A stretch of DNA of 64,000 bases from Pseudomonadota bacterium (GCA_040384265.1 JAZKJM010000003.1:207919-271918); one strand, 5' to 3'. Counted from the first letter of the stretch, positions 17,130 to 30,287 are shown. The notes: a model not told the origin generated them from the sequence alone. A program made the numbers and translations.

Positions 17130-19052
17130 ATGGCCTTTGTAAACGAACTCAACAAACCTGCTCCCCGACCTATCGCCACGGTGGTCGGGCCGGAGGCGTT
17201 GCGGTTGGCGCTCGGGGCGATTCCGCACCAGCCGGGGATTTACAAAATGCTCGATGCGGCGGGCAAGATTCTCTATGTCGGCAAGGCTAAGGATTTGTAC
17301 AACCGGGTGGGCAGCTATGCCAACATTACGAACCATAACAACCGCATCCTGCGGATGGTGTCGCAGGTGGCGGCGGTCGAGACGATTGTCACCCAGAACG
17401 AGGCGGAGGCGCTGCTGGTTGAGGCCAGCACCATCAAGCGGTTTTCGCCGCGCTATAATATCCTGCTGAAGGACGATAAATCTTTTCCCTATTTGCGTAT
17501 TGATACCAGCCATGCGTTTCCGCGGATCGAGAAACATCGCGGCGCACAGAACAAGCCGGGGGAGTATTTCGGGCCGTTTGCCAGTGTCGGCGCGCTGAAC
17601 GATACGCTGGCGCTGCTGCAGAAGATTTTCCTGCTGCGGCCCTGCGCCGATACGGTGTTTAAAAACCGTACCCGCCCCTGTTTGCAATATCAGATCAAGC
17701 GCTGCTCGGCACCCTGTGTGGGCTATGCGGATACTGCACATTATGCCGAACAGCTGAAACGCGCGCGGGATTTCCTCAAAGGCCGCCACCGCGATGTGCA
17801 GGAAGCGCTCAGCGTGGAGATGGACGCGGCCAGCGCGGCGATGGAATATGAAAAAGCAGCGCTGCTGCGCGACCGTATCCGCGCGCTGACACAGGTGCAG
17901 CAGGAGCAGGGCCTGCGCACCACGGGGCTGGCCGATGCGGATGTGATCGCGCTCGCCCGCCGGGGCAGCAAGAGCGTGGCGCAGGTCTATTTCTTCCGTG
18001 ATGGGTCGCATTTTGGTAACCAGTCCTTCCACCCGCGCCATGAGGCGGAGGCCAGTGATGCGGAGGTGATGGCGGGGTTCCTCGGCCAATTCTACCAGAG
18101 CCATATGCCGCCGCCGGAAATTCTGGTGAGCCTGTTGCCCGGTGAAGCGGAGCCGAACGATGCGGCGGTCGCTCTGTATGAAGAAGCTTTTGCGATGAAG
18201 GCGGGGTATAAGGTGGCCATCCGCCAGCCGCAGCGGGGGGATAAGTTGACGCTCATCACCAACGCGCTGGCCAATGCGCAAAGCGCGCTGGCGCGGGCCG
18301 AGATGGAGCAGGCGGCGGTGGCGAAAAACCTCACCGCGGCGCAGGCGCTGTTCGGGTTGCCGCATGTGCCGCAGCGGATCGAGGTGTATGATAATAGCCA
18401 TATCAGCGGCACCAACGCGATTGGCGCGTTTATTGTGGCGACGCCTGATGGGTTTGATAAACGCAGCTACCGCACCTTTACCATCAAAAACACCCAGACC
18501 GTCGCCGGGGATGATTATGCGATGATGCGTGAAGTGTTCCAGCGGCGATTCAAGGGGTTGAAGAAGGATGCTGGGGGGGCGGAGGCTGCCACCGCGCCGG
18601 AATCGTCCATCCCGGACCTGATTCTCATCGACGGCGGTCTCGGCCAGTTGCATGCGGTGGAGCAGGCGCTTGCCGCCATCGGGGTGACGGGGCTGCCGCT
18701 GGTGGCGATCGCCAAGGGCGAGGATCGCAATGCCGGGCGGGAATGGTTCCATATGGCCGGGCGGGCGGCGTTCCAGCTGCCGGTGGGCGACCCGCTGCTG
18801 CATTACCTGCAACGGCTGCGCGACGAGGTGCACCGCTTCGCCATCGGCACCCACCGCAATAAGCGTTCGGCGAGTTTAACGACCAGCGCGCTCGATGGCA
18901 TTCCCGGCATCGGCAGCACCCGAAAGCGTGCACTACTTCAACACTTTGGCAGCCGTGCCGATGTCGAAACGGCCAGCCTCAGCGAGCTGGAAAAGGTCAA
19001 AGGCATCTCGAAAACGACGGCGCGGAGTATTTACGATTATTTTCATGGGTAG
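17130..19052 (+). CDS. uvrC: excinuclease ABC subunit C
   Basis: Start trimmed to ATG 17130, because the upstream ORF part is repeat DNA. GIY-YIG (PGIYKMLDAAGKILYVGKAKDL), UvrBC-interaction region, and C-terminal (HhH)2 (GIPGIGSTRKRALLQHFGS). Confidence 0.95.
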   Translation: MAFVNELNKPAPRPIATVVGPEALRLALGAIPHQPGIYKMLDAAGKILYVGKAKDLYNRVGSYANITNHNNRILRMVSQVAAVETIVTQNEAEALLVEASTIKRFSPRYNILLKDDKSFPYLRIDTSHAFPRIEKHRGAQNKPGEYFGPFASVGALNDTLALLQKIFLLRPCADTVFKNRTRPCLQYQIKRCSAPCVGYADTAHYAEQLKRARDFLKGRHRDVQEALSVEMDAASAAMEYEKAALLRDRIRALTQVQQEQGLRTTGLADADVIALARRGSKSVAQVYFFRDGSHFGNQSFHPRHEAEASDAEVMAGFLGQFYQSHMPPPEILVSLLPGEAEPNDAAVALYEEAFAMKAGYKVAIRQPQRGDKLTLITNALANAQSALARAEMEQAAVAKNLTAAQALFGLPHVPQRIEVYDNSHISGTNAIGAFIVATPDGFDKRSYRTFTIKNTQTVAGDDYAMMREVFQRRFKGLKKDAGGAEAATAPESSIPDLILIDGGLGQLHAVEQALAAIGVTGLPLVAIAKGEDRNAGREWFHMAGRAAFQLPVGDPLLHYLQRLRDEVHRFAIGTHRNKRSASLTTSALDGIPGIGSTRKRALLQHFGSRADVETASLSELEKVKGISKTTARSIYDYFHG

Positions 19053-19071
19053 GGCGCAGGCCACACGCCTA

Positions 19072-19100
19072 TTGACAGTCCTACCCCCTCTCGCTATAAC
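19072..19100 (+). promoter_or_regulatory. candidate sigma70-type promoter for rplY-pth
   Basis: TTGACA (19072-19077), 17-nt spacer, TATAAC (19095-19100); about 50 nt upstream of the rplY ATG. Confidence 0.4.
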
Positions 19101-19151
19101 GCCCCACCTTTTAGGCAGCAACACGACTATAATAAGATGAAGGAGAGCCCC

Positions 19152-19868
19152 ATGAAAGCGGCGATTGAAATGAAGGCAGAAGCACGCGCAACCGCAGGCA
19201 AAGGCGCCGCTCGCGCCGCTCGCCGCAACGGCCAGGTGCCGGTGATCGTGTATGGCAACGGCAAGGGCAATGTGAGTCTGAACGTTGAGGCCCGCGCGCT
19301 TGCTAACGAATATTTCCGCGGCGGCTTCATGAACAAAATCGTCTCGCTGAAGCTGGATGGCAAAGATATGTTCGCGATCCCACGCGATATCCAGCTCAAC
19401 CCGGTATCGGATAAGATCGAACACGCGGATTTCCTCGCGGTCGATGAGAAATCCATCGTCAAGGTCTGGGTGCCGATCCATTTCACCAACACCGAGAAAT
19501 CGGCGGGTATCAAGCGTGGCGGCGTGCTGAACATCGTTGCCCACCGCGTGGAATTGCTGGCGCCGGTCAATAACATCCCGTCCTCGATCGATGTCGATGT
19601 GGCAACGCTCGATATCGGTAGCTCGGTGCATATCGGCAATCTGGAACTGCCAAAAGGCGTGAAAGCCGCTTCGAAACGGACTGATATCACGATCGCATCG
19701 ATCAACGGCCGTCAGAAGGACGAAGAAGCCGATGTCGCTGCAACGGGTGCGCCAGTTGCTGGTGCGGTGCCATCGACCAAGTCGGCTGCTGCGGGTGCAG
19801 CAGCTGCTGCAGCGCCTGCTGCAGGTGGCAAAGCCGCTCCGGCCGCGAAACCGGCAGCCAAAAAATAA
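19152..19868 (+). CDS. rplY: 50S ribosomal protein L25 / general stress protein Ctc
   Basis: ATG 19152 is preferred over 19137 (GGAGAG lies 5 nt upstream). L25/Ctc domains plus an Ala/Lys-rich tail; rplY-pth order. Confidence 0.9.
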   Translation: MKAAIEMKAEARATAGKGAARAARRNGQVPVIVYGNGKGNVSLNVEARALANEYFRGGFMNKIVSLKLDGKDMFAIPRDIQLNPVSDKIEHADFLAVDEKSIVKVWVPIHFTNTEKSAGIKRGGVLNIVAHRVELLAPVNNIPSSIDVDVATLDIGSSVHIGNLELPKGVKAASKRTDITIASINGRQKDEEADVAATGAPVAGAVPSTKSAAAGAAAAAAPAAGGKAAPAAKPAAKK

Positions 19869-19889
19869 TCACTCTCTTAGAGAGGCGTT

Positions 19890-20483
19890 ATGTGGTTAAT
19901 CGCAGGCCTAGGCAATCCCGGGCCCGAATATGCCTCTACGCGCCACAATATCGGATTCATGGCGGTCGACGCCTTGGCGGATCGCGCGCATTTTTCCTCA
20001 AAATTTCACGGGTTGAGCGCGTCACTTGCCATTGATGGCGAGAAGGTTATCCTGCTTAAGCCGCTCACCTATATGAATCATTCCGGCCGTAGCGTGCAGG
20101 CGGCGATGGCGTTTTACAAAATCGCGCCGGAGCGGCTGATTGTCATGCATGACGAACTCGATTTACCGCTGGGCAAGTTGCGCATCAAGCGCGGCGGCGG
20201 CGCCAACGGGCATAACGGGCTCAAGGATATCGACCAGTGCATCGGCGCGGATTACTGGCGCATCCGGCTGGGCATCGGCCATCCGGGCGATAAAGACCGG
20301 GTGCATGACCATGTGCTCACCCGCTTTGGCAGCGAGGAACAGCCGGTGGTCGAGAAAATCACCGCGGCGCTGGTCAAGGACTTTGCCCTCTTTTGGCAAA
20401 AATCGCCGGAAATGCTTGCATCCACCGTAGCGCAAGCTCTGTTGCCGCCAAAACCGAAACCAGCCCCCATAGAGATCGATTAA
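19890..20483 (+). CDS. pth: aminoacyl-tRNA hydrolase
   Basis: LIAGLGNPGPEYASTRHNIGF and GGGANGHNGLKDI motifs. Confidence 0.95.
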   Translation: MWLIAGLGNPGPEYASTRHNIGFMAVDALADRAHFSSKFHGLSASLAIDGEKVILLKPLTYMNHSGRSVQAAMAFYKIAPERLIVMHDELDLPLGKLRIKRGGGANGHNGLKDIDQCIGADYWRIRLGIGHPGDKDRVHDHVLTRFGSEEQPVVEKITAALVKDFALFWQKSPEMLASTVAQALLPPKPKPAPIEID

Positions 20484-20590
20484 GCCGCTGTTATTTTGAT
20501 ATTTTATGATATTGAGAAGCATATTAGAGTTTAAGGATTTATTAATATTCATCTGATACTCTGGAGAGACAAAAAATCGAAGGAGCACGT

Positions 20591-20902
20591 ATGTCGTTAT
20601 TTGACGCTAAATTTCCCCCTTCCAACTCCTATCTTCCGGGCGAAAGGGGCGGTATGCCAGACAAGTACCGTCGGGCTCAGGAAGCGGCTCAGGATACAGA
20701 GCTGCTGGGTGGCGTCATCAAGGGAGCCATAGGTGGTGCGGTTCTTAAAGTCTGCATGGCGGCGTTTGAGAAATGGCAAAAATTACATCCGATCGAAAAC
20801 ACCATTGAGTCTGGGGGTAGTTGCGGCTTCCCTAAAGCGCCGCCATCTGCGCCGTATCAATCTTCGGTGGATACTGGTATGGACATCTCCGGACGGCGAT
20901 AA
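20591..20902 (+). CDS. hypothetical protein (orphan, AT-rich context)
   Basis: 103-aa ORF with GAAGGAG 5 nt upstream of the ATG, preceded by about 100 nt of very AT-rich DNA. One glycine-zipper-like hydrophobic stretch (LLGGVIKGAIGGAVLKVCMAAF). I recognise no family. Confidence 0.5.
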   Translation: MSLFDAKFPPSNSYLPGERGGMPDKYRRAQEAAQDTELLGGVIKGAIGGAVLKVCMAAFEKWQKLHPIENTIESGGSCGFPKAPPSAPYQSSVDTGMDISGRR

Positions 20903-20972
20903 GCGCTTTTCCTCGACTCTGCCTACCCAACTCTGCTAGAAGCGGCGCGATTCATCGTATAGGAAACGCGCC

Positions 20973-22073
20973 ATGGGCTTTAATTGTGGAATTGTGGGCT
21001 TGCCCAATGTTGGGAAATCGACCCTGTTCAACGCGCTGCTGAGCCAGCAGGCGGCAGAGGCGGCGAACTATCCGTTCTGCACCATCGAGCCCAATGTGGG
21101 CCGCATTTCGGTGACGGATGAGCGCCAGACCAAGCTGGCGGAAATCGCCAAATCGGCGGTGATTATTCCCAACCAGCTGGAGTTTGTAGACATTGCGGGC
21201 CTCGTGCGCGGGGCATCCAAAGGCGAGGGTCTGGGCAATAAATTCCTCGCCCATATCCGCGAGGTGGATGCGGTGATGTATGTGCTGCGCTGCTTTGAGG
21301 ATGGCGATATTACCCATGTGGAAGGCAGCATCGACCCGCTGCGCGACGCGGAGATTATCGAGCTGGAGCTGACGATTGCCGATCTCGAAAGCCTTGAGAA
21401 ACGGGTGGATGCGAGCGCGAAAAAAGCCAAAGGCGGCGACAAGGATGCGCAAGCGCTGGTGGAGATTGCGACGCCGATTCTGGCGCTGCTGCGCGAGGGT
21501 AAACCGGCGCGCGAATACAAGCCTGCCGACCGCGAGGAAATGAAGCGCGTCCGCGCGCTGCAGCTGCTGACCAGCAAACCGGTGATGTATATCCTCAATG
21601 TGGATGAAGCCTCGGCGGCGACCGGCAACGAGCTTTCCGCCAAAGCGGCGGCGATGGCGAAAGCCAAGGGCGCCGATGCGGTGATTATTTCAGCACAGAT
21701 TGAGGCGGAGATGGCCGGGCTGAGCGACGCGGAGAAACAGGAATTCCTTGCCGATCTCGGCCTCAAGGAAACGGGGCTGACCAACATTGTGCGCACGGGG
21801 TTCAAGCTGCTTGATATTCTCACCTTCTTCACCATCGGGCCGAAAGAGGCGCGGGCATGGACGGTGCGCCGTGGTGCGGCCGCGCCGGAAGCGGCGGGCG
21901 TGATCCATACCGATTTCGAAAAAGGCTTCATCCGCGCGGAAACCATCGCGGCGGCGGATTATATTGCCCTTGGCGGCGAGCAGGGCGCGAAAGAAGCCGG
22001 AAAACTGCGCCTCGAAGGCAAGGAATACCTCGTGCAGGATGGCGACGTGTTCCATTTCCGGTTCAACGTTTAG
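20973..22073 (+). CDS. ychF: redox-regulated ATPase YchF
   Basis: GIVGLPNVGKSTLFNAL P-loop; C-terminal TGS-like GKEYLVQDGDVFHFRFNV. Confidence 0.95.
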   Translation: MGFNCGIVGLPNVGKSTLFNALLSQQAAEAANYPFCTIEPNVGRISVTDERQTKLAEIAKSAVIIPNQLEFVDIAGLVRGASKGEGLGNKFLAHIREVDAVMYVLRCFEDGDITHVEGSIDPLRDAEIIELELTIADLESLEKRVDASAKKAKGGDKDAQALVEIATPILALLREGKPAREYKPADREEMKRVRALQLLTSKPVMYILNVDEASAATGNELSAKAAAMAKAKGADAVIISAQIEAEMAGLSDAEKQEFLADLGLKETGLTNIVRTGFKLLDILTFFTIGPKEARAWTVRRGAAAPEAAGVIHTDFEKGFIRAETIAAADYIALGGEQGAKEAGKLRLEGKEYLVQDGDVFHFRFNV

Positions 22074-22167
22074 GTTTGTTCCGGCGAACGTGCGGGCGCG
22101 CATCAATTCTGCTGATGCGTTGGGCGGATATGTGCTAAAGTCATCCTAGCAACAAGGGAGAGCGACG

Positions 22168-22719
22168 ATGATTCCGCGCTGGTTATCGTGGGGGTTTTTT
22201 CTATTTCTGGGCTATGTGATCTATTCCGCGACCCAGTCGCCGGTGACGGTGCATCCGCAGGCGCCGCTGGCGGTGAGCGAGAAAACCTATCCCGTGCTGG
22301 CCGAAACGACCGATATGGAGCGCTGGAAGCGGGCGATTGACCCGGACTACGCGGCGCGGATGAATTGCAGCCTTGACACCCCGCGCACGCCCACGGGCAT
22401 TGCTTTCAAAGTGGTTGAGGATGCGCCCGGTGCGGGCGATGGCGCCGCGTGCGGCAGTCCGGTGACAGTGCAGCTGACGGTGTGGAACGCTACGGGCGGC
22501 AAGGCCTATGATGGGCCGGTGACGCTTAACCTTGGTAGCCGCGATGTGGCGTCAGGCTTCGATTATGGGCTGCTGGGCATCAAACCTGGCGGGGTGCGCA
22601 CGCTGATCCTGCCCCCAAGCGCGATGAGCCGCGCCAAGGCCACCAAAGTGGATAAGGCGCTGCTGGCCGCGCTGCCTGTCACCAAGCTGGCGGTGGTGAG
22701 CGTGACGCGGCTGAAGTAG
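22168..22719 (+). CDS. FKBP-type peptidyl-prolyl cis-trans isomerase, N-terminally anchored
   Basis: N-terminal TM helix (WLSWGFFLFLGYVIY); FKBP-like C-terminal domain (VTVQLTVWNATGG..FDYGLLGIKPGGVRTLILPP). GGGAGA RBS. Confidence 0.7.
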   Translation: MIPRWLSWGFFLFLGYVIYSATQSPVTVHPQAPLAVSEKTYPVLAETTDMERWKRAIDPDYAARMNCSLDTPRTPTGIAFKVVEDAPGAGDGAACGSPVTVQLTVWNATGGKAYDGPVTLNLGSRDVASGFDYGLLGIKPGGVRTLILPPSAMSRAKATKVDKALLAALPVTKLAVVSVTRLK

Positions 22720-23679
22720 CTAGGCGCGGATTTCGGGGAAACGTTTTTGGATTTCGGCGGCGACATACCCGACATCATCCAGCGGGGTGAGGGGCTGCCA
22801 GTCGAGGCGGGCGAGGTTGTTGAGGGGCCGGGCCATGCCGCGGTCATACAGCGCCTGATGTAGGGCGCGGTGCTTGGGCGGGGCGACATGGTCGCTGGCA
22901 TACACAAACACCGGCGCGCCGACGACACAGGCTTCCGCACACATCGACAGTGAATCCCCGGTGACGATGATGCCATCGCTGCAGGCGAGCATGCCCAGAT
23001 AGGGATTATCCTTGCCGGTATCCCAGCGGTGGAAGATGTGCGGCGATTGCAGCAGCGGCAGGCACAGATCCATCGCTTCCTTGGGGGTGCGGCGGCTGGT
23101 GGTGATGAGCAGCGAGCCCTGCCCGGCGAGCAGGATGGCGCGCTGGATCACTTCGCGCCACTGGGCGGCGTTGTAGCTGCCGCGCTTGGTGGCGCCACCC
23201 AGGCACACGGTGACAAAGGGCCGTGGCAGATGGGCAAATTGCGGCTCCCAGACCGCGCGGGCGGCATCCAGCGTCTCGGGGGTGACGGCGTGCAGCGGGG
23301 CGAGGGTGGTGATGATGTTGACGGCGGGCGCGACTTTGTCGTGCGCGGGGATGGCGATGAGGTCGATGCCGCGGGTACTGTCGGGCTTCATGAGGTAGAC
23401 GGTGCGGGTGGTGGGCGACTGCTGCTTGATATGGCGCAGCACCGGCAAGGTGCGGCGGCCAGCGGCGATGACGAGGGCCGGATACGGTGGCAGCAACGGT
23501 GCGCTGCGGGCCGTGTTGACGGCCAGCAGCGAGGCGCCGAGCAGGCGGGAGGGCAGCTGTGCGAGGGCGTTATATTCAAGCCGTTTCAGCGCATAGGGCA
23601 GCTTCAGCTTATGGATGACACCGAGCACCTGGCCGGTATGGCCGGTGCGGTCGTCTACCAAACCCCAGATGCTGGTCAT
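22720..23679 (-). CDS. ELM1/DUF1022 family protein
   Basis: Start trimmed to ATG 23679 (MTSIWGLVDDRTGHTGQVLGV). Pattern matches the bacterial 'mitochondrial fission ELM1' family (..AAGRRT.., IDLIAIPAHD, CLGGATKRGSY, ITTSRRTP). Confidence 0.75.
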   Translation of the reverse strand: MTSIWGLVDDRTGHTGQVLGVIHKLKLPYALKRLEYNALAQLPSRLLGASLLAVNTARSAPLLPPYPALVIAAGRRTLPVLRHIKQQSPTTRTVYLMKPDSTRGIDLIAIPAHDKVAPAVNIITTLAPLHAVTPETLDAARAVWEPQFAHLPRPFVTVCLGGATKRGSYNAAQWREVIQRAILLAGQGSLLITTSRRTPKEAMDLCLPLLQSPHIFHRWDTGKDNPYLGMLACSDGIIVTGDSLSMCAEACVVGAPVFVYASDHVAPPKHRALHQALYDRGMARPLNNLARLDWQPLTPLDDVGYVAAEIQKRFPEIRA

Positions 23680-23686
23680 GATGGCA

Positions 23687-24163
23687 TCACTCGACGAATG
23701 CGACGCTGAGCACTTCGTAGAAGCGCGCGCCTTTGGGGGTGAGGACTTCGACGCTGCTGCCGAGCTTTTTGCCGATGAGGGCGCGGCCAATGGGGGCAGA
23801 GGTGGAGATGAGGTTGCGTTTGATATCGGCCTCGTAGTCGCCGACGATCTGGTAGGTGATTTCCTCTTCCGTTTCCTCATCGACGATTTTGACGGTGGCG
23901 CCGAATTTGATGCTGTCGCCGGAAAGGGCTTTCACGTCGATGATCTCGGCGCGGCTGATGACGGCTTCGAGCTCCTGGATGCGGCCTTCGATGAAGCTCT
24001 GCTTTTCCTTGGCGGCGTGGTACTCGGCGTTCTCTTTCAAATCGCCATGGGCGCGCGCTTCCGAGATGGCGGCGATGACGGCGGGGCGCTCGACGGACTT
24101 CAGGTTTTTCAGTTCTTTCTCAAGACGGGTGAAACCCGTTTGGGTCATCGGGATCTTTTCCAT
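23687..24163 (-). CDS. greA: transcription elongation factor GreA
   Basis: 158 aa; [25 protein letters not shown] and the C-terminal domain [27 protein letters not shown]. Confidence 0.95.
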   Translation of the reverse strand: MEKIPMTQTGFTRLEKELKNLKSVERPAVIAAISEARAHGDLKENAEYHAAKEKQSFIEGRIQELEAVISRAEIIDVKALSGDSIKFGATVKIVDEETEEEITYQIVGDYEADIKRNLISTSAPIGRALIGKKLGSSVEVLTPKGARFYEVLSVAFVE

Positions 24164-24232
24164 GGTAGCCGCTTCGTGTGTGGGTGGATGCCTATCTATA
24201 CGCCCACAGATGCGGCGAGTGCAAGGATTGCT

Positions 24233-24640
24233 TCAGCCGCGCGGTGCGCTGACTTTTTTCAGCCAGGCGGCGAAGGCCTGCTCGTCGGATTCACCGCTGG
24301 CGAGGGCGATCATGGCATGGTATTTATCTTCGCGACTGGCGGTGATGTTCCTGCCATTATCCAGCAAAAACAGGCGGGCCATCACATACGCGGTGCGTTT
24401 GTTGCCATCGATGAACGGATGGTTCTTGGCGATGCCGAACGCGTACGATGCGGCAAGATCGACCAGCGTTACTTCCGGTTGGTAGCAGAACATGTGACGC
24501 GGGCGGGCGAGAGCGGATTGCAACAATCCCAGGTCGCGCACGCCGTCGAGGCCACCATGCTCGGCGAGCTGGCGTTGATGGACGGTCAGCACGTCGCGCT
24601 CGTCGATCCAGCGGGGCTCGATGGTGGTGGGAGTCGTCAT
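24233..24640 (-). CDS. doc: type II toxin, death-on-curing (Doc/Fic) family
   Basis: Fic/Doc motif HPFIDGNKRTAY. 135 aa, 3 nt downstream of the antitoxin gene. Confidence 0.85.
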   Translation of the reverse strand: MTTPTTIEPRWIDERDVLTVHQRQLAEHGGLDGVRDLGLLQSALARPRHMFCYQPEVTLVDLAASYAFGIAKNHPFIDGNKRTAYVMARLFLLDNGRNITASREDKYHAMIALASGESDEQAFAAWLKKVSAPRG

Positions 24641-24643
24641 GGG

Positions 24644-24871
24644 TTATTTGGCGAGCATGGCCAGCACGTCGCGGTCTTCACGCATGATTTCTTCGGCGAG
24701 GGCCATTTTTTGCGCAAAGGCTTCATCATGGCGGCTGACGGCAAAGCCGTTGGGGGTTTCGGTGACAAACACCTGATCGCCCTTGCCGACGCGCAATTTG
24801 GCGAGGATTTCTTTAGGCAGAATCACGCCGAAGGAGTTGCCGATGGCGGATATTTTGAGGGTGTGCTGCAT
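24644..24871 (-). CDS. AbrB/MazE/SpoVT-type antitoxin (Phd-role partner of Doc)
   Basis: Start trimmed to ATG 24871 (75 aa, MQHTLKISAIGNSFGVILPKEIL..). SpoVT-AbrB swapped-hairpin motif; immediately upstream of doc. Confidence 0.8.
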   Translation of the reverse strand: MQHTLKISAIGNSFGVILPKEILAKLRVGKGDQVFVTETPNGFAVSRHDEAFAQKMALAEEIMREDRDVLAMLAK

Positions 24872-24959
24872 GGGGATCTCCGTAATGTTATAACGGATGT
24901 TACCACATAATGGGGCGATCTGGCAAGTAGAGTTGTTATAACGTCCGTTATACCAACCC

Positions 24960-28246
<3,287 letters not shown>

Positions 28247-28247
<1 letters not shown>

Positions 28248-28711
28248 TATGATTTTCGCCGATATTCAATGGTTGATTTTCCAGTATCTTTAAGCGTGGT
28301 GGTTTGTTTTAGCAGTTGAAGCACGTCCTTTGTGACGCGATAATCGTACTCTAGGCTATACTCTGCAGTTCCCGTATTAGAACAATGCAGTGTGCCATTC
28401 TCAATCTTAATATCATAGCAGTTGAGCGACGCATCTTCACCAACTTGGCTAATTAGCTTTTCTCCATCCCATGCTTCGACGGGTAAGGGGCGGGCTTTGC
28501 AGTCGGCATTCAGGCGCATAGCATTCCAAACCACATTGGAGCCCTGAAATATGGGCACAATAAATACTTGGGTGCCGTCATCTGCTTTGGTGCTGATAGT
28601 TTTTACATGAGGAGCATCTGTTGTTGCTGCAGGGATAGGACAGCTTGCGTGTGCTGCTGAACTTAGCAGTGCCAAAGCAGAGGCTATCCATAAGTGTTTT
28701 AGCTTTGGCAT
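28247..28711 (-). CDS. hypothetical secreted protein (orphan, AT-rich)
   Basis: Start taken at ATG 28711 ([23 protein letters not shown].. signal peptide, 4 Cys in the mature part). TAATG overlaps at both ends (with orf121 and with the carB start). Visibly lower G+C than the flanks. Confidence 0.55.
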
Positions 28712-29076
28712 TACGGCAACCACACTTTCAATTCTTCCACCCAATAGGCGAGGATCTGGAAGAAAAACCCGATGACGACAATGCGCAGGCCGAAGCTGAC
28801 ATGGGCGCGTTTGAAGGCTTTGTATTCCGGTGTTTCGATACCGCTGCGCGCGATATCATCGGCGCCGTATTCCTCGACGCCTTTGAAGGGGAAAATATCG
28901 TAGGCGATATAGGTCACGCCCACGATATCGAGCAAGAGCCCGAACGTATTGAGCATGCGCGGATGTTCAGCAAACGGGATGCAATAATGCAAAAAAAGGA
29001 TGGCCACGGCACCGGCGGCGATGCTCTCGATGCCGAGCATCCACAGCGCTTTATGCTGCTTGAGGGAGCGGATCAT
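28711..29076 (-). CDS. hypothetical membrane protein (orphan)
   Basis: 121 aa with 3-4 hydrophobic helices. ATGA overlap with the carA stop, TAATG overlap with the next ORF. Confidence 0.55.
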   Translation of the reverse strand: MIRSLKQHKALWMLGIESIAAGAVAILFLHYCIPFAEHPRMLNTFGLLLDIVGVTYIAYDIFPFKGVEEYGADDIARSGIETPEYKAFKRAHVSFGLRIVVIGFFFQILAYWVEELKVWLP

Positions 29077-30254
29077 GCCGCCCTCGTGCCGGTGTTTGCG
29101 ATCATGGCAACAAACCGCGCGAACAGGTATTGCGAATCCTGTGGGCCGGGGGAGGCTTCGGGGTGGCCTTGGACGCTGAAGACAGGCAGGGTTTTATGGC
29201 GGATGCCCTGGATGGTGCCATCGAACAGCGAGCGGTGGGTTACTTCGACATCGCCTGGCAGATGGGCGTCGCTGATGGCGAAACCGTGGTTTTGCGAGGT
29301 GATTTCGACCTTGCCGGTTTGCACATCCTTGACCGGATGGTTCGCGCCGCGATGGCCTTGTTTCATTTTCTCGGTGCGGCAGCCCAGCGCAATGCCCAGC
29401 ATCTGGTGGCCGAGGCAAATGCCAAAAGTGGGGATGTTGGCGCTGATGATTTTTTTGATGGTGGGCACGGCGTAATGGCCGGTGGCGGCCGGATCGCCCG
29501 GGCCGTTGCTGAGGAAAACCCCATCAGGGCTCAGCGCCAGGATTTCTTCCGCGGTGGCGGTGGCGGGCAGGATGGTGAGGCGCACGCCGCTGGATGCCAG
29601 CGAGCGCAGGATATTGCGCTTCACGCCGTAATCGATGGCGACGACATGGGGCAATGAGTCGCCGGTGGATTGCGCATAGCCGCTGCCCAGTGCCCAGCGT
29701 TGCTCGTTCCAGACGTAATGTTCTTTGGTGGTGACATGGGCGGCAAGTTCGAGGCCGTTCATATCCGGCGCGGCGGCGAGGGCTTCGCGGGCCTTTTTCA
29801 CCAGCTCTTCGGTGGTGAGGGGCGATGGGCCAGCCACGGCAATCGCGCAATTTTGTGCACCATGGGTGCGGATATGGCGGGTGAGGGCGCGGGTGTCGAT
29901 GCCGGAAATGCCGCGCATATCGTAGCGCTTCAGCCATGCATCCAAATGTTCGGCGGCGCGGAAGTTGGAGGGCTCGGTGATGGCCTCACGCAGGATAAGG
30001 CCGCTGGCGGCAGGGGTGACGCTCTCGATATCCTCACCGTTGCAGCCGACATTGCCGATATGCGGGAAGGTGAAGGTGATGATCTGCCCGGCATAGGATG
30101 GGTCGGTGAGGATTTCCTGATAGCCCGTCATCGCGGTGTTGAAGCAGATTTCGCCGCCGGTGGTGCCGGGGCTGCCGATGCCGTAACCCGAAAACACCGT
30201 CCCATCCGCAAGGACGAGGGCGGCATTGGGTGGTGTGACGAGGGGCTGGCGCAT
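29073..30254 (-). CDS. carA: carbamoyl-phosphate synthase small subunit
   Basis: Start at ATG 30254 (AGGAG 5 nt upstream). LVLADGTVFSG.., TGYQEILTDPSY, and GATase triad region GICLGHQ. Confidence 0.95.
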   Translation of the reverse strand: MRQPLVTPPNAALVLADGTVFSGYGIGSPGTTGGEICFNTAMTGYQEILTDPSYAGQIITFTFPHIGNVGCNGEDIESVTPAASGLILREAITEPSNFRAAEHLDAWLKRYDMRGISGIDTRALTRHIRTHGAQNCAIAVAGPSPLTTEELVKKAREALAAAPDMNGLELAAHVTTKEHYVWNEQRWALGSGYAQSTGDSLPHVVAIDYGVKRNILRSLASSGVRLTILPATATAEEILALSPDGVFLSNGPGDPAATGHYAVPTIKKIISANIPTFGICLGHQMLGIALGCRTEKMKQGHRGANHPVKDVQTGKVEITSQNHGFAISDAHLPGDVEVTHRSLFDGTIQGIRHKTLPVFSVQGHPEASPGPQDSQYLFARFVAMIANTGTRAA

Positions 30255-30287
30255 TGGGACTCCTAGGATTGCGGGCAAACGCGGGAG

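Noticed and set aside
22095-22125. The hairpin CGCATCAattctgcTGATGCG after ychF, and similar short hairpins after guaA (about 49930-49955) and der (53721-53738), as terminators.
   Set aside because: The stems are only 5-7 bp and lack a following T-run, so they are too weak to call.
4141-23679. Co-occurrence of 'mitochondrial-type' proteins (NDUFAF7/MidA-like methyltransferase, Tim44-like protein, ELM1-like protein) as something unusual.
   Set aside because: All three families are widespread in alphaproteobacteria and sit here in their usual syntenic contexts, so this is ordinary for the lineage.
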